Assembly: GCA_014879945.1 (NCBI GenBank)
Contig: JACSRE010000172.1
Location: 1,239 to 65,238 of the forward strand
Direction of reading: 5' to 3'
Source of the DNA: Myxococcus sp.
Lineage (GTDB): Bacteria; Myxococcota; Myxococcia; Myxococcales; Myxococcaceae
Length of the DNA stretch: 64,000 bases
Each line of letters opens with the position of its first letter. Position 1 is the first letter of the stretch. Shown here piece by piece: positions 9,224 through 18,217 of the stretch. A program made the translations under genes and the position numbers. Under the pieces are notes generated by a model that was not told the DNA's origin, did not search any database, and saw only the letters and a list, made by a program, of their open reading frames with translations.

Positions 9224-9726
9224 GGCTGTTCGGCAAGGACGTCACCACGCAGAAGTTGCTCGAGGTCGCGAAGGAGCGCCTGGGCGCGCGCGGGCTGCTC
9301 CCTCCGTCGGAGGACTCGGGCCTCGCGGACGGCGTCGAGCCGCCGGTCGACGCGTTCGCCTTCGCCATCGAGGCCATGGCCGAGCACGTGGACGTCACCC
9401 GCGGGCTGCCCATCGAGACGCACCGCGACGGGCTCGCGGGTCAGGCCGTGGTGCTGGCGAAGCGGGCCTTTCGACGGGTCGGCCAGCTCTTCATCAACGA
9501 GGCCCTCGCGCGGCAGGTGGTGTTCAACGGGCACGCCCTCGACGGCTACGCGACGCTCGGCGCCGAGGTGGCGAAGCTGCGCGAGCAGGTGGCTGGGCTC
9601 GAGGCCGCGCTGACGAAGGCCCAGGCCCCGGCGGCGAAGGCTCCGGTGCTGAAGGCCCCGTCGGCCCCAAAGGCGCCCGCTGAGAAGCCGAAGCGGCCCC
9701 GGCGCCCCCGAACGCCCCCGCGCTGA
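9220..9726 (+). CDS. Hypothetical coiled-coil protein of the glycan locus (possible chain-terminator/ruler fragment)
   Basis: ATG 9220 overlaps the upstream stop (ATGA). Segment HRDGLAGQAVVLAKRAFRRVGQLFINEALARQVVFN followed by a heptad-like LGAEVAKLREQVAGLEAAL and a Pro/Lys/Ala tail. Coding-like composition, unlike the 8578-9219 part of the listed ORF. Confidence 0.55.
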   Translation: MRLFGKDVTTQKLLEVAKERLGARGLLPPSEDSGLADGVEPPVDAFAFAIEAMAEHVDVTRGLPIETHRDGLAGQAVVLAKRAFRRVGQLFINEALARQVVFNGHALDGYATLGAEVAKLREQVAGLEAALTKAQAPAAKAPVLKAPSAPKAPAEKPKRPRRPRTPPR

Positions 9727-9781
9727 AACCGTGGCCTCGGGTTGTGGGGTGGGGGCCCATGCGCTATTGCGCCCGCGGCCC

Positions 9782-10594
9782 ATGCTTCGCAATCTTCAGG
9801 AGCTCTACCAGTACCGCGCGTTGCTCTGGGCGCTCTCACTGCGAGAGCTCAAGGCCCGCTACCGCGCCTCGGTGCTGGGCTTCTTGTGGACGTTCCTCAA
9901 CCCGACGCTGAGCATGGCCGTCTACGCGCTCGTCTTCGGCGTGCTGATGGAGAACGCGCCCGAGCGCTACCCGTTCTATTTGTTCAGCGGCCTGCTCCCG
10001 TGGATCTTCTTCTCGACGTCGGTGATGGCCGGCACCACCTCGGTCAGCGATCGAAAGGACCTGCTGACGAAGGTGCGCTTCCCCGCCCAGGTGCTGCCGG
10101 CCTACGTGGTGCTCACCAACCTCATCAACTTCGTGCTCTCGGTGCCGCTGTTGTTCCTCCTGGGCATCGCGTTTCAGGACACGCCCTCGTGGCACCTCGT
10201 CTTCATGGTGCCGCTGCTGGCCCTGCAGACCCTGTTCACCCTCGCCATCGTCTACCTGCTGTCGGCGCTGAACGTGGCGTTCCGCGACCTGCAGCACATC
10301 ATCGCGAACGTGATGCAGCTGGCCTTCTTCCTCACCCCCGTCTTGTGGGACGTGCGCTCGGTGAAGGGCCTCGATCGGTTCGGCCTGGTGTTGAGCGCCG
10401 ACGAGGTGCAGCGCGCGGTGGTGCTGGTCAACCCCATGGCGGCGCTGATGACCGCCTGGCGCGACGTCTTCTTCAGCCACCGGGTGCCAGACGTCGAGCC
10501 GCTGCTGGTGGTGCTGGGCATCACGCTGCTCACCCTGTGGGCGGCGACCACGGTCTTCGAGCGGCGGCGTGAAGAGTTCGCCGAGCTGGTGTGA
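9782..10594 (+). CDS. wzm: ABC-2 type polysaccharide/O-antigen export permease (Wzm)
   Basis: Start chosen at MLRNLQELYQYRALLWALSLRELKARYRASVLGFLWTFLNP, the canonical Wzm N-terminus. Six predicted TM segments. Immediately followed by the ATPase. Confidence 0.85.
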   Translation: MLRNLQELYQYRALLWALSLRELKARYRASVLGFLWTFLNPTLSMAVYALVFGVLMENAPERYPFYLFSGLLPWIFFSTSVMAGTTSVSDRKDLLTKVRFPAQVLPAYVVLTNLINFVLSVPLLFLLGIAFQDTPSWHLVFMVPLLALQTLFTLAIVYLLSALNVAFRDLQHIIANVMQLAFFLTPVLWDVRSVKGLDRFGLVLSADEVQRAVVLVNPMAALMTAWRDVFFSHRVPDVEPLLVVLGITLLTLWAATTVFERRREEFAELV

Positions 10595-10597
10595 GCC

Positions 10598-11884
10598 ATG
10601 ACGGACGCGATCGTTCTCGACAACGTCACCAAGCACTTCCAGAAGCGCTCGAAGCGCAATGAGATCACCACGCTCAAGAGCGAGGTGGTGCGCATCCTCA
10701 AGGGGCAGCGCAAGCTGGTCGAGCCGGCCACCCACATCGAGGCGCTCAAGGGCGTGAACCTGGTGGTGCCCCGCGGCACGACCATGGGCATCGTCGGCCG
10801 CAACGGCTCGGGCAAGAGCACGCTGCTCAAGCTGGTCACCGGCATCTACGCGCCGACCTCGGGCACGGTGCAGGTCAACGGTCGCATCTCGGCGCTGCTC
10901 GAGCTGGGCGCGGGCTTTCACCCCGACTTCACGGGCCGAGAGAACATCCTCATCAACGGCATCATCCTCGGCATGTCGCGCGCCGAGGTGAAGAGCCGGG
11001 TCGATCAGATCATCGAGTTCGCCGAGCTGGGTGACTTCATCGACGAGCCGGTGCGCACCTACTCGAGCGGCATGTTCATGCGCCTGGCCTTCGCCGTCGC
11101 CACGCACGTCGACCCCGAGATCCTGATCATCGACGAGATCCTCTCGGTCGGTGACGCGCACTTCGGCAAGAAGTCGTCGGCGAAGATGAACGAGTTCCGC
11201 CAGTCGGGGAAGACCATCCTCTTCGTCACGCACGATCTCGGCAGCATCGAGACCTGGTGCGACACCGCGGTGTGGATCGACGGCGGCAAGACGCGAATGG
11301 TGGGCGACCCTCGCCAGGTGGTGGGCGCCTACCGGCAGGCGGTGGCGGCCGCCGAGGCCGAAGGGGAGCGCGTCGGCCACTCGGCCCTGTCGTCGCCCGG
11401 GCTCGCCCTGCCAGACGTGAAGGCGCCAGCCCCCGTCGAGGTGAAGTCGCCGGTGACGGTCGAGGAGCTCCGGCTGCGAGACGGCGTGGGCGCGCAGCCC
11501 TCGGCGTTCTCGGCCGACGGCGCGCTCGACGCGCACCTCGACCTCGCGCTGTCGGCCCCGGCGAGCTGCGACGTGTCGGTCGAGATCGCGACCGTCGGCG
11601 GCGTCACGCTCTTCAAGACGATGTACCCGGTGGGGCCTCTGCCGGCCGGCAAGACGACGGTGCGGCTGTCGCTCCCACGCCTGGGCCTGGGTGACGGGGC
11701 GCACGTGCTGACCGCCACCGCCTGGAGCGGCGAGCTGCCGCCGCACGCGCTCTCGAAGTCGCTGGTGGTGGCGCCGCACCCGTCGGCGGTGGGCTTGATT
11801 CGCCCGGAGCACGCCTGGGCGACCGAGCCGGCGCGGGAGCCGGTGGCCCCGCTGCCGGCTGCGCAGGCGACCGCGCAGGCCTGA
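10598..11884 (+). CDS. wzt: Polysaccharide/O-antigen ABC exporter ATP-binding protein (Wzt) with C-terminal extension
   Basis: Walker A GRNGSGKST, signature YSSGMFMRLAFA, Walker B ILIIDEILSVGD. About 170 extra C-terminal residues of beta-rich sequence, as in Wzt proteins that carry a glycan-terminus-binding module. Confidence 0.9.
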   Translation: MTDAIVLDNVTKHFQKRSKRNEITTLKSEVVRILKGQRKLVEPATHIEALKGVNLVVPRGTTMGIVGRNGSGKSTLLKLVTGIYAPTSGTVQVNGRISALLELGAGFHPDFTGRENILINGIILGMSRAEVKSRVDQIIEFAELGDFIDEPVRTYSSGMFMRLAFAVATHVDPEILIIDEILSVGDAHFGKKSSAKMNEFRQSGKTILFVTHDLGSIETWCDTAVWIDGGKTRMVGDPRQVVGAYRQAVAAAEAEGERVGHSALSSPGLALPDVKAPAPVEVKSPVTVEELRLRDGVGAQPSAFSADGALDAHLDLALSAPASCDVSVEIATVGGVTLFKTMYPVGPLPAGKTTVRLSLPRLGLGDGAHVLTATAWSGELPPHALSKSLVVAPHPSAVGLIRPEHAWATEPAREPVAPLPAAQATAQA

Positions 11885-11888
11885 CGCC

Positions 11889-13292
11889 ATGGCCGCCCCG
11901 CTCACCGCCGACCTCCGAACGCTCGTCGCGCGACGCGTGGGCCTGAAGAAGCGCGTGGCGGTGTTGGGCAGCGACCCCTCGCTGGCGCGCCTCATCGAGG
12001 CCAACGGGTGCGCGGTGCTGGTGGACCCCGCGTCGCTCGACGAGCTCACCTCGTTCGCGCCCGAGGTGGTGGTGGCCTTCGACGGCTTCGCGCTGGGCGA
12101 TGGGGGCGCGGCGTTTCGGGCCCTGGCCGCCGCGGGCGGCGACGCCGCGCTCGTCTTCTCGTTCGCCAACGCCTCGTCGGCGGCGTCGCTGCTCGGCGCG
12201 CTCACCGGCGCCTCGCCCACGCCGGCCTTCGCGGAGCGCGAGGTGCGGCGCTGGTTGGCGTCGGCGGGGTACGAGGTGTCGAGCCGCGACGTGGTGGTGA
12301 CGGCGCACCGCACCTCGGGGCTGTCGGCCGACACCGAGGCCGCGCTGCGCCAGCTGCTCGAGCAGGTGAACCCCGACGCCGCCGCCGATCGGCTGCTGCT
12401 GACGGCGAAGCGGGGCGCTGCCGCGACCGCGCCCGACAAGACCGAGGGCCTGGTGTCGGTGGTCGTCTCGTCGTCGGACGCCGAGCCGCTGCTGGCGGGC
12501 ACCTTGTCGTCGCTGGTGAACCAGCACCGGCGCCCCCTGGAGCTGCTCGTCGCCGCCACCCTCGCCCCGGCCGCGCTCGACCGCCTGCTCGAGAAGCCGC
12601 GCGCGCGCAGCGGCGTCACGGTGGTGGCGCTCCCGTGCACCTCGACCGACTGGGCCGCGCGCACCAACCTGGGGCTCGCCGCGGCCCAGGGGCAGTACGT
12701 GGCCTTCGCCGAGGCGGGGGAGCTGTTCAGTCCGACGCACCTGTCGTCGCTGGTGAAGCGCCTCGAAGACGCCACCGCGGCCTGGGCGCTGGGCGCCTCG
12801 ACGCTCGCCGGCGCGCCGTCGGAGCCCCGACCGCCGAGCTTCTCGCTGGCCACATGGCTCAGGCACGGCTGGGTCAACCGCGCGGAGTGGCTGCTCGACA
12901 CCGCGCGCCTGGGCCCTTTCCCCTTGAGCTTCGCCGAGGGCGTGTCCGCGGCCGAGGCGGTCTTCTTCGCCCGGCTCGCGCTGCTCTTCGCGCCAACGCT
13001 CGGCGGCGGCGCGCCCGGGGTGGAGCGGTTGGTTCAGGCGACGGTCGACGTGCCGGCGCTGCTCGACGCGATGAAGGGCCGGCCGCTGCGCGCCCTCACC
13101 ACGCTCGAGGCGCTGCTGCGCGAGCCGCCGCCGCCGGCCCTCAGCGCCGTGGTGCGTGAGCGGCTGGCTGACGTCGACCCGCGCGCCCGGCAGGCGTTCG
13201 ACCGAACGTGGGCCATGGTGGAGCGCGTCAAGGCGGCGTGGAGCGACGCGCGCCGCGCCGCCGAGCAGGACCGCGGCGACGAGGAGCCGTAG
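11889..13292 (+). CDS. Two-domain protein: methyltransferase-like fold plus GT2-like fold, both with degenerate catalytic motifs
   Basis: The N-terminal ~150 aa resembles a class I MTase (VAVLGSDPS...EVRRWLASAGYEV) but lacks GxGxG. The central region resembles GT2 (VSVVVSSSDAEPLLAGTLSSLVNQ...LGLAAAQGQYVAFAEAGE), but the DxD position reads AEAGE. Confidence 0.7.
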   Translation: MAAPLTADLRTLVARRVGLKKRVAVLGSDPSLARLIEANGCAVLVDPASLDELTSFAPEVVVAFDGFALGDGGAAFRALAAAGGDAALVFSFANASSAASLLGALTGASPTPAFAEREVRRWLASAGYEVSSRDVVVTAHRTSGLSADTEAALRQLLEQVNPDAAADRLLLTAKRGAAATAPDKTEGLVSVVVSSSDAEPLLAGTLSSLVNQHRRPLELLVAATLAPAALDRLLEKPRARSGVTVVALPCTSTDWAARTNLGLAAAQGQYVAFAEAGELFSPTHLSSLVKRLEDATAAWALGASTLAGAPSEPRPPSFSLATWLRHGWVNRAEWLLDTARLGPFPLSFAEGVSAAEAVFFARLALLFAPTLGGGAPGVERLVQATVDVPALLDAMKGRPLRALTTLEALLREPPPPALSAVVRERLADVDPRARQAFDRTWAMVERVKAAWSDARRAAEQDRGDEEP

Positions 13293-14510
13293 TCAGCTGA
13301 CGGGGAAGCCGGCGCGCCGCTGCTCGAGCTGCCGGGCCGTGATCGCGTCCAGCACCGCGCCCATCTGCTCGGCCTTCGTCTCGGGCGTGATGTGCATGAA
13401 GCCGGCGGTCGTCTTCGGACTGGCGCCGAACTCGGCCGCGAGGTTGTACCCGAGGAAGTTGCAGAGGTAGGCGCTGCGGTCGGGCCGGTAGGTCGGGTCA
13501 GACGCGCTGGTGAAGACCTGCCGCTGGGCGCCGAAGCCCTGGAGCGCCCAGTCGATGGTGTCGATCGGCAGGTCGGTGCGCAGCTCCTGCGGGCCCCCCT
13601 CGCGCACGGCCCGCTCGCGCATCAGCTGGTTGTTGCCGTCGCGGTTGGCGCCCAGCAGGTTCTCGGGCCGCTCCTCGAGCTGCGCCTGGCCGTGGGTGAC
13701 GCCCATCGAGAGGATGACGTCGGGCGGGCTGCGCCGCACCTCGGCCATGAACTGCTCCACCGCCGCCGGGGTGACGTCGAGGCGCCGGTACTCGACGATC
13801 GCGCCCTTGACGCCGCGCTCCGCCAGCCGCTGGGCCATGTTCGCGGACGGGTTGTCGGTGATGCCCATGAACGCGCCGTAGCCCGTCACCACCACGCGCA
13901 GCGGCTTCTCACCCGGTTGGAGGCCGAGCGAGGCGGGCTTGTAGAGCATCAGGTGGGCGGCGACGTCGGCGCGGCGGGCCGAGCGCCCCGAGAAGCTCGC
14001 GGCGTCGTAGGGCTGCACGTCTCCCCCCAGCACCACGCCGGCGAAGTGCGCCGGCAGCTGGGCCTTCAACTTCGTCAGCAGCTGCTGCGGCCCTTCTCCG
14101 GCCTTCACGGGCACCGACACCTTCGCCCCGTCGACGGTGAGCTGAAGCACGCCGTCGGCGGTCGCCTTGCCCTTGAGCGCGAAGGCGTTGTCGAACAGCC
14201 CGACGCGCGCCGAGAGGCCGGGCACGGTGAGGGTGAGGTTCGCGTAGCGGCCGTCGATGCTGGCGACCTGGCCTTTGGCCTCGAGGTTGACCCACGCGTT
14301 GGTCTGGCCCATCGCCGAGAGGTGGCTCAGCAGCCGCTGCCGGGTGCCGTCGTCGAAGCCGTCAGCCGCCTCGAGGAGCGCGGTCCTCTCGAGGGCCGAC
14401 AGCCCTCCACCGTCGCGCGCCTGCAGCATGATGCGGTCGACGTCGGCCGCGTCCACCTTGCCGTCCTTCGCAGCGGTCGAGAGGGCCCGGCGAATTCCGT
14501 CTACGTTCAT
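13293..14510 (-). CDS. Fusion protein: unknown N-terminal domain plus pyroglutamyl-peptidase I (C15)-like domain; no signal peptide
   Basis: The C-terminal half has ordered C15 motifs: VVVTGYGAF..NPS, LEERPEN (Glu), SAYLCNF (Cys), GFMHITP (His). The N-terminal ~200 aa is unassigned. Its stop abuts the stop of the convergent gene (0 nt spacer). Confidence 0.7.
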   Translation of the reverse strand: MNVDGIRRALSTAAKDGKVDAADVDRIMLQARDGGGLSALERTALLEAADGFDDGTRQRLLSHLSAMGQTNAWVNLEAKGQVASIDGRYANLTLTVPGLSARVGLFDNAFALKGKATADGVLQLTVDGAKVSVPVKAGEGPQQLLTKLKAQLPAHFAGVVLGGDVQPYDAASFSGRSARRADVAAHLMLYKPASLGLQPGEKPLRVVVTGYGAFMGITDNPSANMAQRLAERGVKGAIVEYRRLDVTPAAVEQFMAEVRRSPPDVILSMGVTHGQAQLEERPENLLGANRDGNNQLMRERAVREGGPQELRTDLPIDTIDWALQGFGAQRQVFTSASDPTYRPDRSAYLCNFLGYNLAAEFGASPKTTAGFMHITPETKAEQMGAVLDAITARQLEQRRAGFPVS

Positions 14511-14554
14511 GCGGGGGTTATCGCCCAGGTCAGGCCGCAGATGCGAGGCGGGCG

Positions 14555-15646
14555 CTACTTGAGGACTTCAGCCGGCGCCGCGCCCGCGACCGTCGCCGCC
14601 CAGGCCGTGTTGAGCTGGTGGAGGTGGTCGCCCTTCGAGAGGAGGACGCCCGAGACCGCTGGGTCTCCGGCCTTGTTGGGGTCGACCGGCACGATGGGAA
14701 ACCTGAACCCTCGCGTGAGGCCGTCCTTCTTCGGCGGCTCGAGCTCGAACGCCCTGGCGTACCCGGCGGCGTCCACGTCGGCGCCGCCCACCCGCACCGT
14801 TCGCGTGCGCGCCTCGACGACGCCGTCAGCGCGGAGCACCACGTCGCCCGCCCAGGCCTTGTTCGAGGGCAGCTTCGCGCCCGAGTCGATCTTCACGTTC
14901 TGGTCGGAGTTGGCGGTGACGGCGCCGACGTGCGCGACCCAGTGCTGCTTCGACAGGCTGAACTGGGTGTTGCCGTCGAGGGTCGCCCCGCGCGCCTTGA
15001 GATCGGCGATGAGCCCGCCGAGCTGCGCCGGGTTCAGCCCGTCGTCGAGCGGCTTCCCGTCCTTCGCCTCCTTCTTCTGCGCGTACCGGCGGCCCACCGC
15101 GTAGGCGACCTGCTGCAGGACGAAGACGTCGTTCATGCTCGGCGAGCCGGCCGCGAGGTGGTCGAGCGCGTCGTTGATGGCCTGCTTGTCGAGCGAGGCA
15201 GGGAGCTCGACGTGACGGGCCCCCATCGCGGAGCGCAGCGCTTCGGCGTTGGCCTTCGCCGCCTCGGGCGTCGTCGAGTTGAGGATCAAGGCGTTGACGG
15301 CCGCGGCTCCCGCACAGATGCGATCGGCGTTGTCGATCTTCGGGTCGGCGCTGATGGGGTTGACCTGCGAGGCGTCGGTGGCCAGGCGCTTGCGGGCCTC
15401 GAAGGTGCTCAGATCGCGGCGAACGTCAGGGGCGATCTCTGCGGCGTGCTTCGGCGCCGGAGCCGGCGTGGCCTTGCCAACCGTGGTGGCGACCTGCGGC
15501 CTCGGCCTGGCGGCGCCCGCGGCGACCCACCCTTCGGCCTTGCCGGCAGGCTGGAGCGGCTGCGTGGGGGGCGGCTGCACCTCGCGTGCGCTGACCCTCG
15601 GCGTCGCGATCGGTCCAACCCGGTTCGAAGTGATTGGCGGTGGCAT
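14555..15646 (-). CDS. Hypothetical protein with Pro/Ala-rich N-terminus and papain-fold-like Cys/His motifs (C39-like?)
   Basis: Start taken at the ATG at 15646, preceded by GGAG; the listed ORF extends to 15721. [15 protein letters not shown] ... KQHWVAHVG motif order. No signal peptide. Confidence 0.6.
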   Translation of the reverse strand: MPPPITSNRVGPIATPRVSAREVQPPPTQPLQPAGKAEGWVAAGAARPRPQVATTVGKATPAPAPKHAAEIAPDVRRDLSTFEARKRLATDASQVNPISADPKIDNADRICAGAAAVNALILNSTTPEAAKANAEALRSAMGARHVELPASLDKQAINDALDHLAAGSPSMNDVFVLQQVAYAVGRRYAQKKEAKDGKPLDDGLNPAQLGGLIADLKARGATLDGNTQFSLSKQHWVAHVGAVTANSDQNVKIDSGAKLPSNKAWAGDVVLRADGVVEARTRTVRVGGADVDAAGYARAFELEPPKKDGLTRGFRFPIVPVDPNKAGDPAVSGVLLSKGDHLHQLNTAWAATVAGAAPAEVLK

Positions 15647-15759
15647 CAGGGCTCCGGTCGAAGACGACGATACAAGCAAAGACGCGGGAGCGGCGCGCGG
15701 TGGGACATGGGCGCACGTCACCCTCTCGCCCCTGCCGGGCCGCGTGCTATCCCAACGCC

Positions 15760-17424
15760 ATGTCTGACTCGAAAGCCGAGAAGTCGCGGTGGGTTGTGAA
15801 GACGTACGAGAAGGCCAAGGCGAAGGGCCCCGAGCGGCGGCCGACCTTCCTCACCTCGAGCGGGGTGGAGCGCACGGCCCTCGACGGCCCCGAGGCGGCG
15901 CCTGAGAGCGCGTACCTCGAGAAGCTGGGGTTCCCCGGCGAGTACCCCTTCACCCGCGGCGTGCAGCCCACCATGTACCGCGGCCGCTTCTGGACGATGC
16001 GCCAGTACGCGGGCTTCGCGAGCGCGAAGGACTCCAACGAGCGGTACCACGCGCTGCTGAAGGCCGGGCAGACCGGCCTGTCGGTGGCCTTCGATCTGCC
16101 GACGCAGATGGGCTTCGACGCCGACAACGCCCGCGCCCGCGGCGAGGTGGGCAAGGTGGGCGTGTCGATCTGCTCGGTGCGCGACATGAAGGTGCTGCTC
16201 GAGGGCATTCCGCTCGGCGAGGTCAGCACCTCGATGACCATCAACGCGACCGCGCCGATCCTCCTGATGCTCTACGCGGCGGTGGGTGAGGCGCAGGGCG
16301 TGCCGATGGAGGCGCTCCAGGGCACGGTGCAGAACGACATCTTGAAGGAGTACATCGCGCGGGGCACGTACATCTACCCGCCCAAGCCCAGCCTGCGCCT
16401 CATCACCAACCTCTTCGCCTTCTGCGCGAAGAAGGTGCCGAAGTGGAACCCGATCAGCATCAGCGGGTACCACATCAGAGAGGCGGGCTCGACGGCGGCC
16501 CAGGAGATCGGCTTCACCCTCGCCGACGGCATCGCCTACGTGGAGGCCGCGCGTCTGGCCGGGCTCGAGGTCGACGACTTCGCGGGGCGCCTGTCGTTCT
16601 TCTTCAACGTGCACAACGACTTCCTCGAAGAGGTGGCCAAGTTCCGCGCGGCCCGGCGCCTGTGGGCCCGCATCATGAAGGAGCGCTTCGGCGCGAAGGA
16701 CCCGCGCTCGATGATGCTGCGCTTCCACGCGCAGACGGCGGGCTCGACGCTGACGGCCCAGCAGCCGATGAACAACGTGGTGCGGGTGGCCATCCAGGGC
16801 CTCGCGGCGGTGCTCGGCGGCACCCAGTCGCTCCACACCAACGGGTGGGATGAGGCGCTGGCGCTGCCCAGCGAAGACGCCGCCAGGCTGGCGCTGCGGA
16901 CCCAGCAGATCATCGCCAACGAGACCGGCGTGGCCGACACCATCGACGCGCTCGGAGGCAGCTACCACCTCGAGCGGCTGACCGACGGGCTCGAGGCGAA
17001 GGCCGAGGCGTACATCAAGCGCATCGACGAGCTCGGCGGCATGGTGCGGGCCATCGAGCTGGGCTTCCCGCAGCAAGAGATCCAGAGCGCGGCCTACGAG
17101 GCGCAGCGCGCGCTCGAGCGCAACGAGAGCGTGGTGGTGGGCGTCAACGCCTACCAGCAGCAGGAGCCGCCGGTGACGGGGCTGCTGCGGGTCGACGGGT
17201 CGGTGGAGCAGGAGCAGCGCGCGCGCCTCGAGGACCTGCGCAAGACGCGCGGCGCCGACGCCTGCCGCCGGGCCCTCGACGCGCTCAAGCGGGGCGCCGA
17301 GACCGCCGACGAGAACCTGATTCCGCTCATCTCGGACGCGGTGAAGGTCGAGGCGTCGCTGGGGGAGATCGCCGACGCGATGCGCGGCGTGTTCGGCGAG
17401 CACCAGGAGCACGTCTTCCTCTGA
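15760..17424 (+). CDS. Methylmalonyl-CoA mutase family, catalytic (large/N-terminal) subunit without B12-binding domain
   Basis: Start at [11 protein letters not shown] (ATG 15760). Hallmark motifs [23 protein letters not shown] and [13 protein letters not shown]. The 554-aa length matches split-type MCM large subunits. Confidence 0.9.
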   Translation: MSDSKAEKSRWVVKTYEKAKAKGPERRPTFLTSSGVERTALDGPEAAPESAYLEKLGFPGEYPFTRGVQPTMYRGRFWTMRQYAGFASAKDSNERYHALLKAGQTGLSVAFDLPTQMGFDADNARARGEVGKVGVSICSVRDMKVLLEGIPLGEVSTSMTINATAPILLMLYAAVGEAQGVPMEALQGTVQNDILKEYIARGTYIYPPKPSLRLITNLFAFCAKKVPKWNPISISGYHIREAGSTAAQEIGFTLADGIAYVEAARLAGLEVDDFAGRLSFFFNVHNDFLEEVAKFRAARRLWARIMKERFGAKDPRSMMLRFHAQTAGSTLTAQQPMNNVVRVAIQGLAAVLGGTQSLHTNGWDEALALPSEDAARLALRTQQIIANETGVADTIDALGGSYHLERLTDGLEAKAEAYIKRIDELGGMVRAIELGFPQQEIQSAAYEAQRALERNESVVVGVNAYQQQEPPVTGLLRVDGSVEQEQRARLEDLRKTRGADACRRALDALKRGAETADENLIPLISDAVKVEASLGEIADAMRGVFGEHQEHVFL

Positions 17425-17434
17425 CGAGCGCGCG

Positions 17435-18217
17435 ATGACGCTCGCCGAGCTGATGGTGCCGGTGATGAACGCCGCGCTCGTGGTGGGCGTCGGCCTGGTG
17501 ATGCCCATCGCCTTCGGGCGGGCCTTCACGCCCTGGTTGGTCGCGGCGCTGGCCGTGGCCGCCTCGCTGTCGGTGGCGCCCGGGTGGCCGGCGGCCGTGG
17601 TGCTCGCGCCGTGGCTTGCGTCGTGCGTCGTCGAGGGCGTGGTGGCCATCAAGCGCCGGGTGCTGGTGCGCCTGGTGATGGCCGGCTTCGGCGCCACCGC
17701 CGCGCTGGCCCTGGTGGCCTCGAGGCTCGAGGTGACGCTCTTCGAGATCCCCGAGCCCATCGTGAAGCTCACCGCGCTGCACTTCTCGTTCGCGGGCGTC
17801 GGCGCGCTGTCGTTGGCGAACCGGCTGGTGACCGAGCGCGCCTCGGCGTCGCGGCGCCTGGCCGGGCTGCTGGTGATGCTCGCGCCCCCGGTGGTGGCCC
17901 TGGGCTTCATCACCCGGCTGGCGGTCTTTCAGGTCGGCGGCGCGGTCGTGATGTCGGTGGGCGTCTGCGCCGTCGCGGCGCTGCAGGTGCGAGCGGGCCT
18001 GCGGCGCGAGGGCCCCACGCGCGCGCTGTTGCTCCTCTCGGCCGCGGCGCCCTGGGTGGCGATGGGGCTCGCGGTCGCCTGGGCGGCCAGCCAGTACTGG
18101 CCCCAGGTGCCCGCGCCGACGGTGCCCGACATGGTGCCGACGCACGGCGCCCTCAACGCCTTCGGCTTCGTGCTGTGCGGCCACCTGGGGTGGTGGCTCG
18201 ACGACCGCGGCTACTGA
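17435..18217 (+). CDS. Integral membrane protein (possibly YndJ-like)
   Basis: About 8 hydrophobic segments. C-terminal THGALNAFGFVLCGHLGWW. Begins 10 nt after the mutase gene. Confidence 0.65.
   Translation: MTLAELMVPVMNAALVVGVGLVMPIAFGRAFTPWLVAALAVAASLSVAPGWPAAVVLAPWLASCVVEGVVAIKRRVLVRLVMAGFGATAALALVASRLEVTLFEIPEPIVKLTALHFSFAGVGALSLANRLVTERASASRRLAGLLVMLAPPVVALGFITRLAVFQVGGAVVMSVGVCAVAALQVRAGLRREGPTRALLLLSAAAPWVAMGLAVAWAASQYWPQVPAPTVPDMVPTHGALNAFGFVLCGHLGWWLDDRGY

Noticed and set aside
9836-12901. 1021-aa ORF on the minus strand
   Set aside because: It lies antisense to wzm, wzt and the MTase/GT2-like gene, which carry unambiguous ABC motifs. The composition is Arg/Ala/Ser-rich and low-complexity.
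15647-15759. Cobalamin riboswitch upstream of the mutase gene
   Set aside because: No B12-box-like sequence is visible, and the region (113 nt) is too short for the element.
15718-17913. 731-aa ORF on the minus strand
   Set aside because: It lies antisense to the methylmalonyl-CoA mutase gene (unambiguous MCM motifs on the plus strand).
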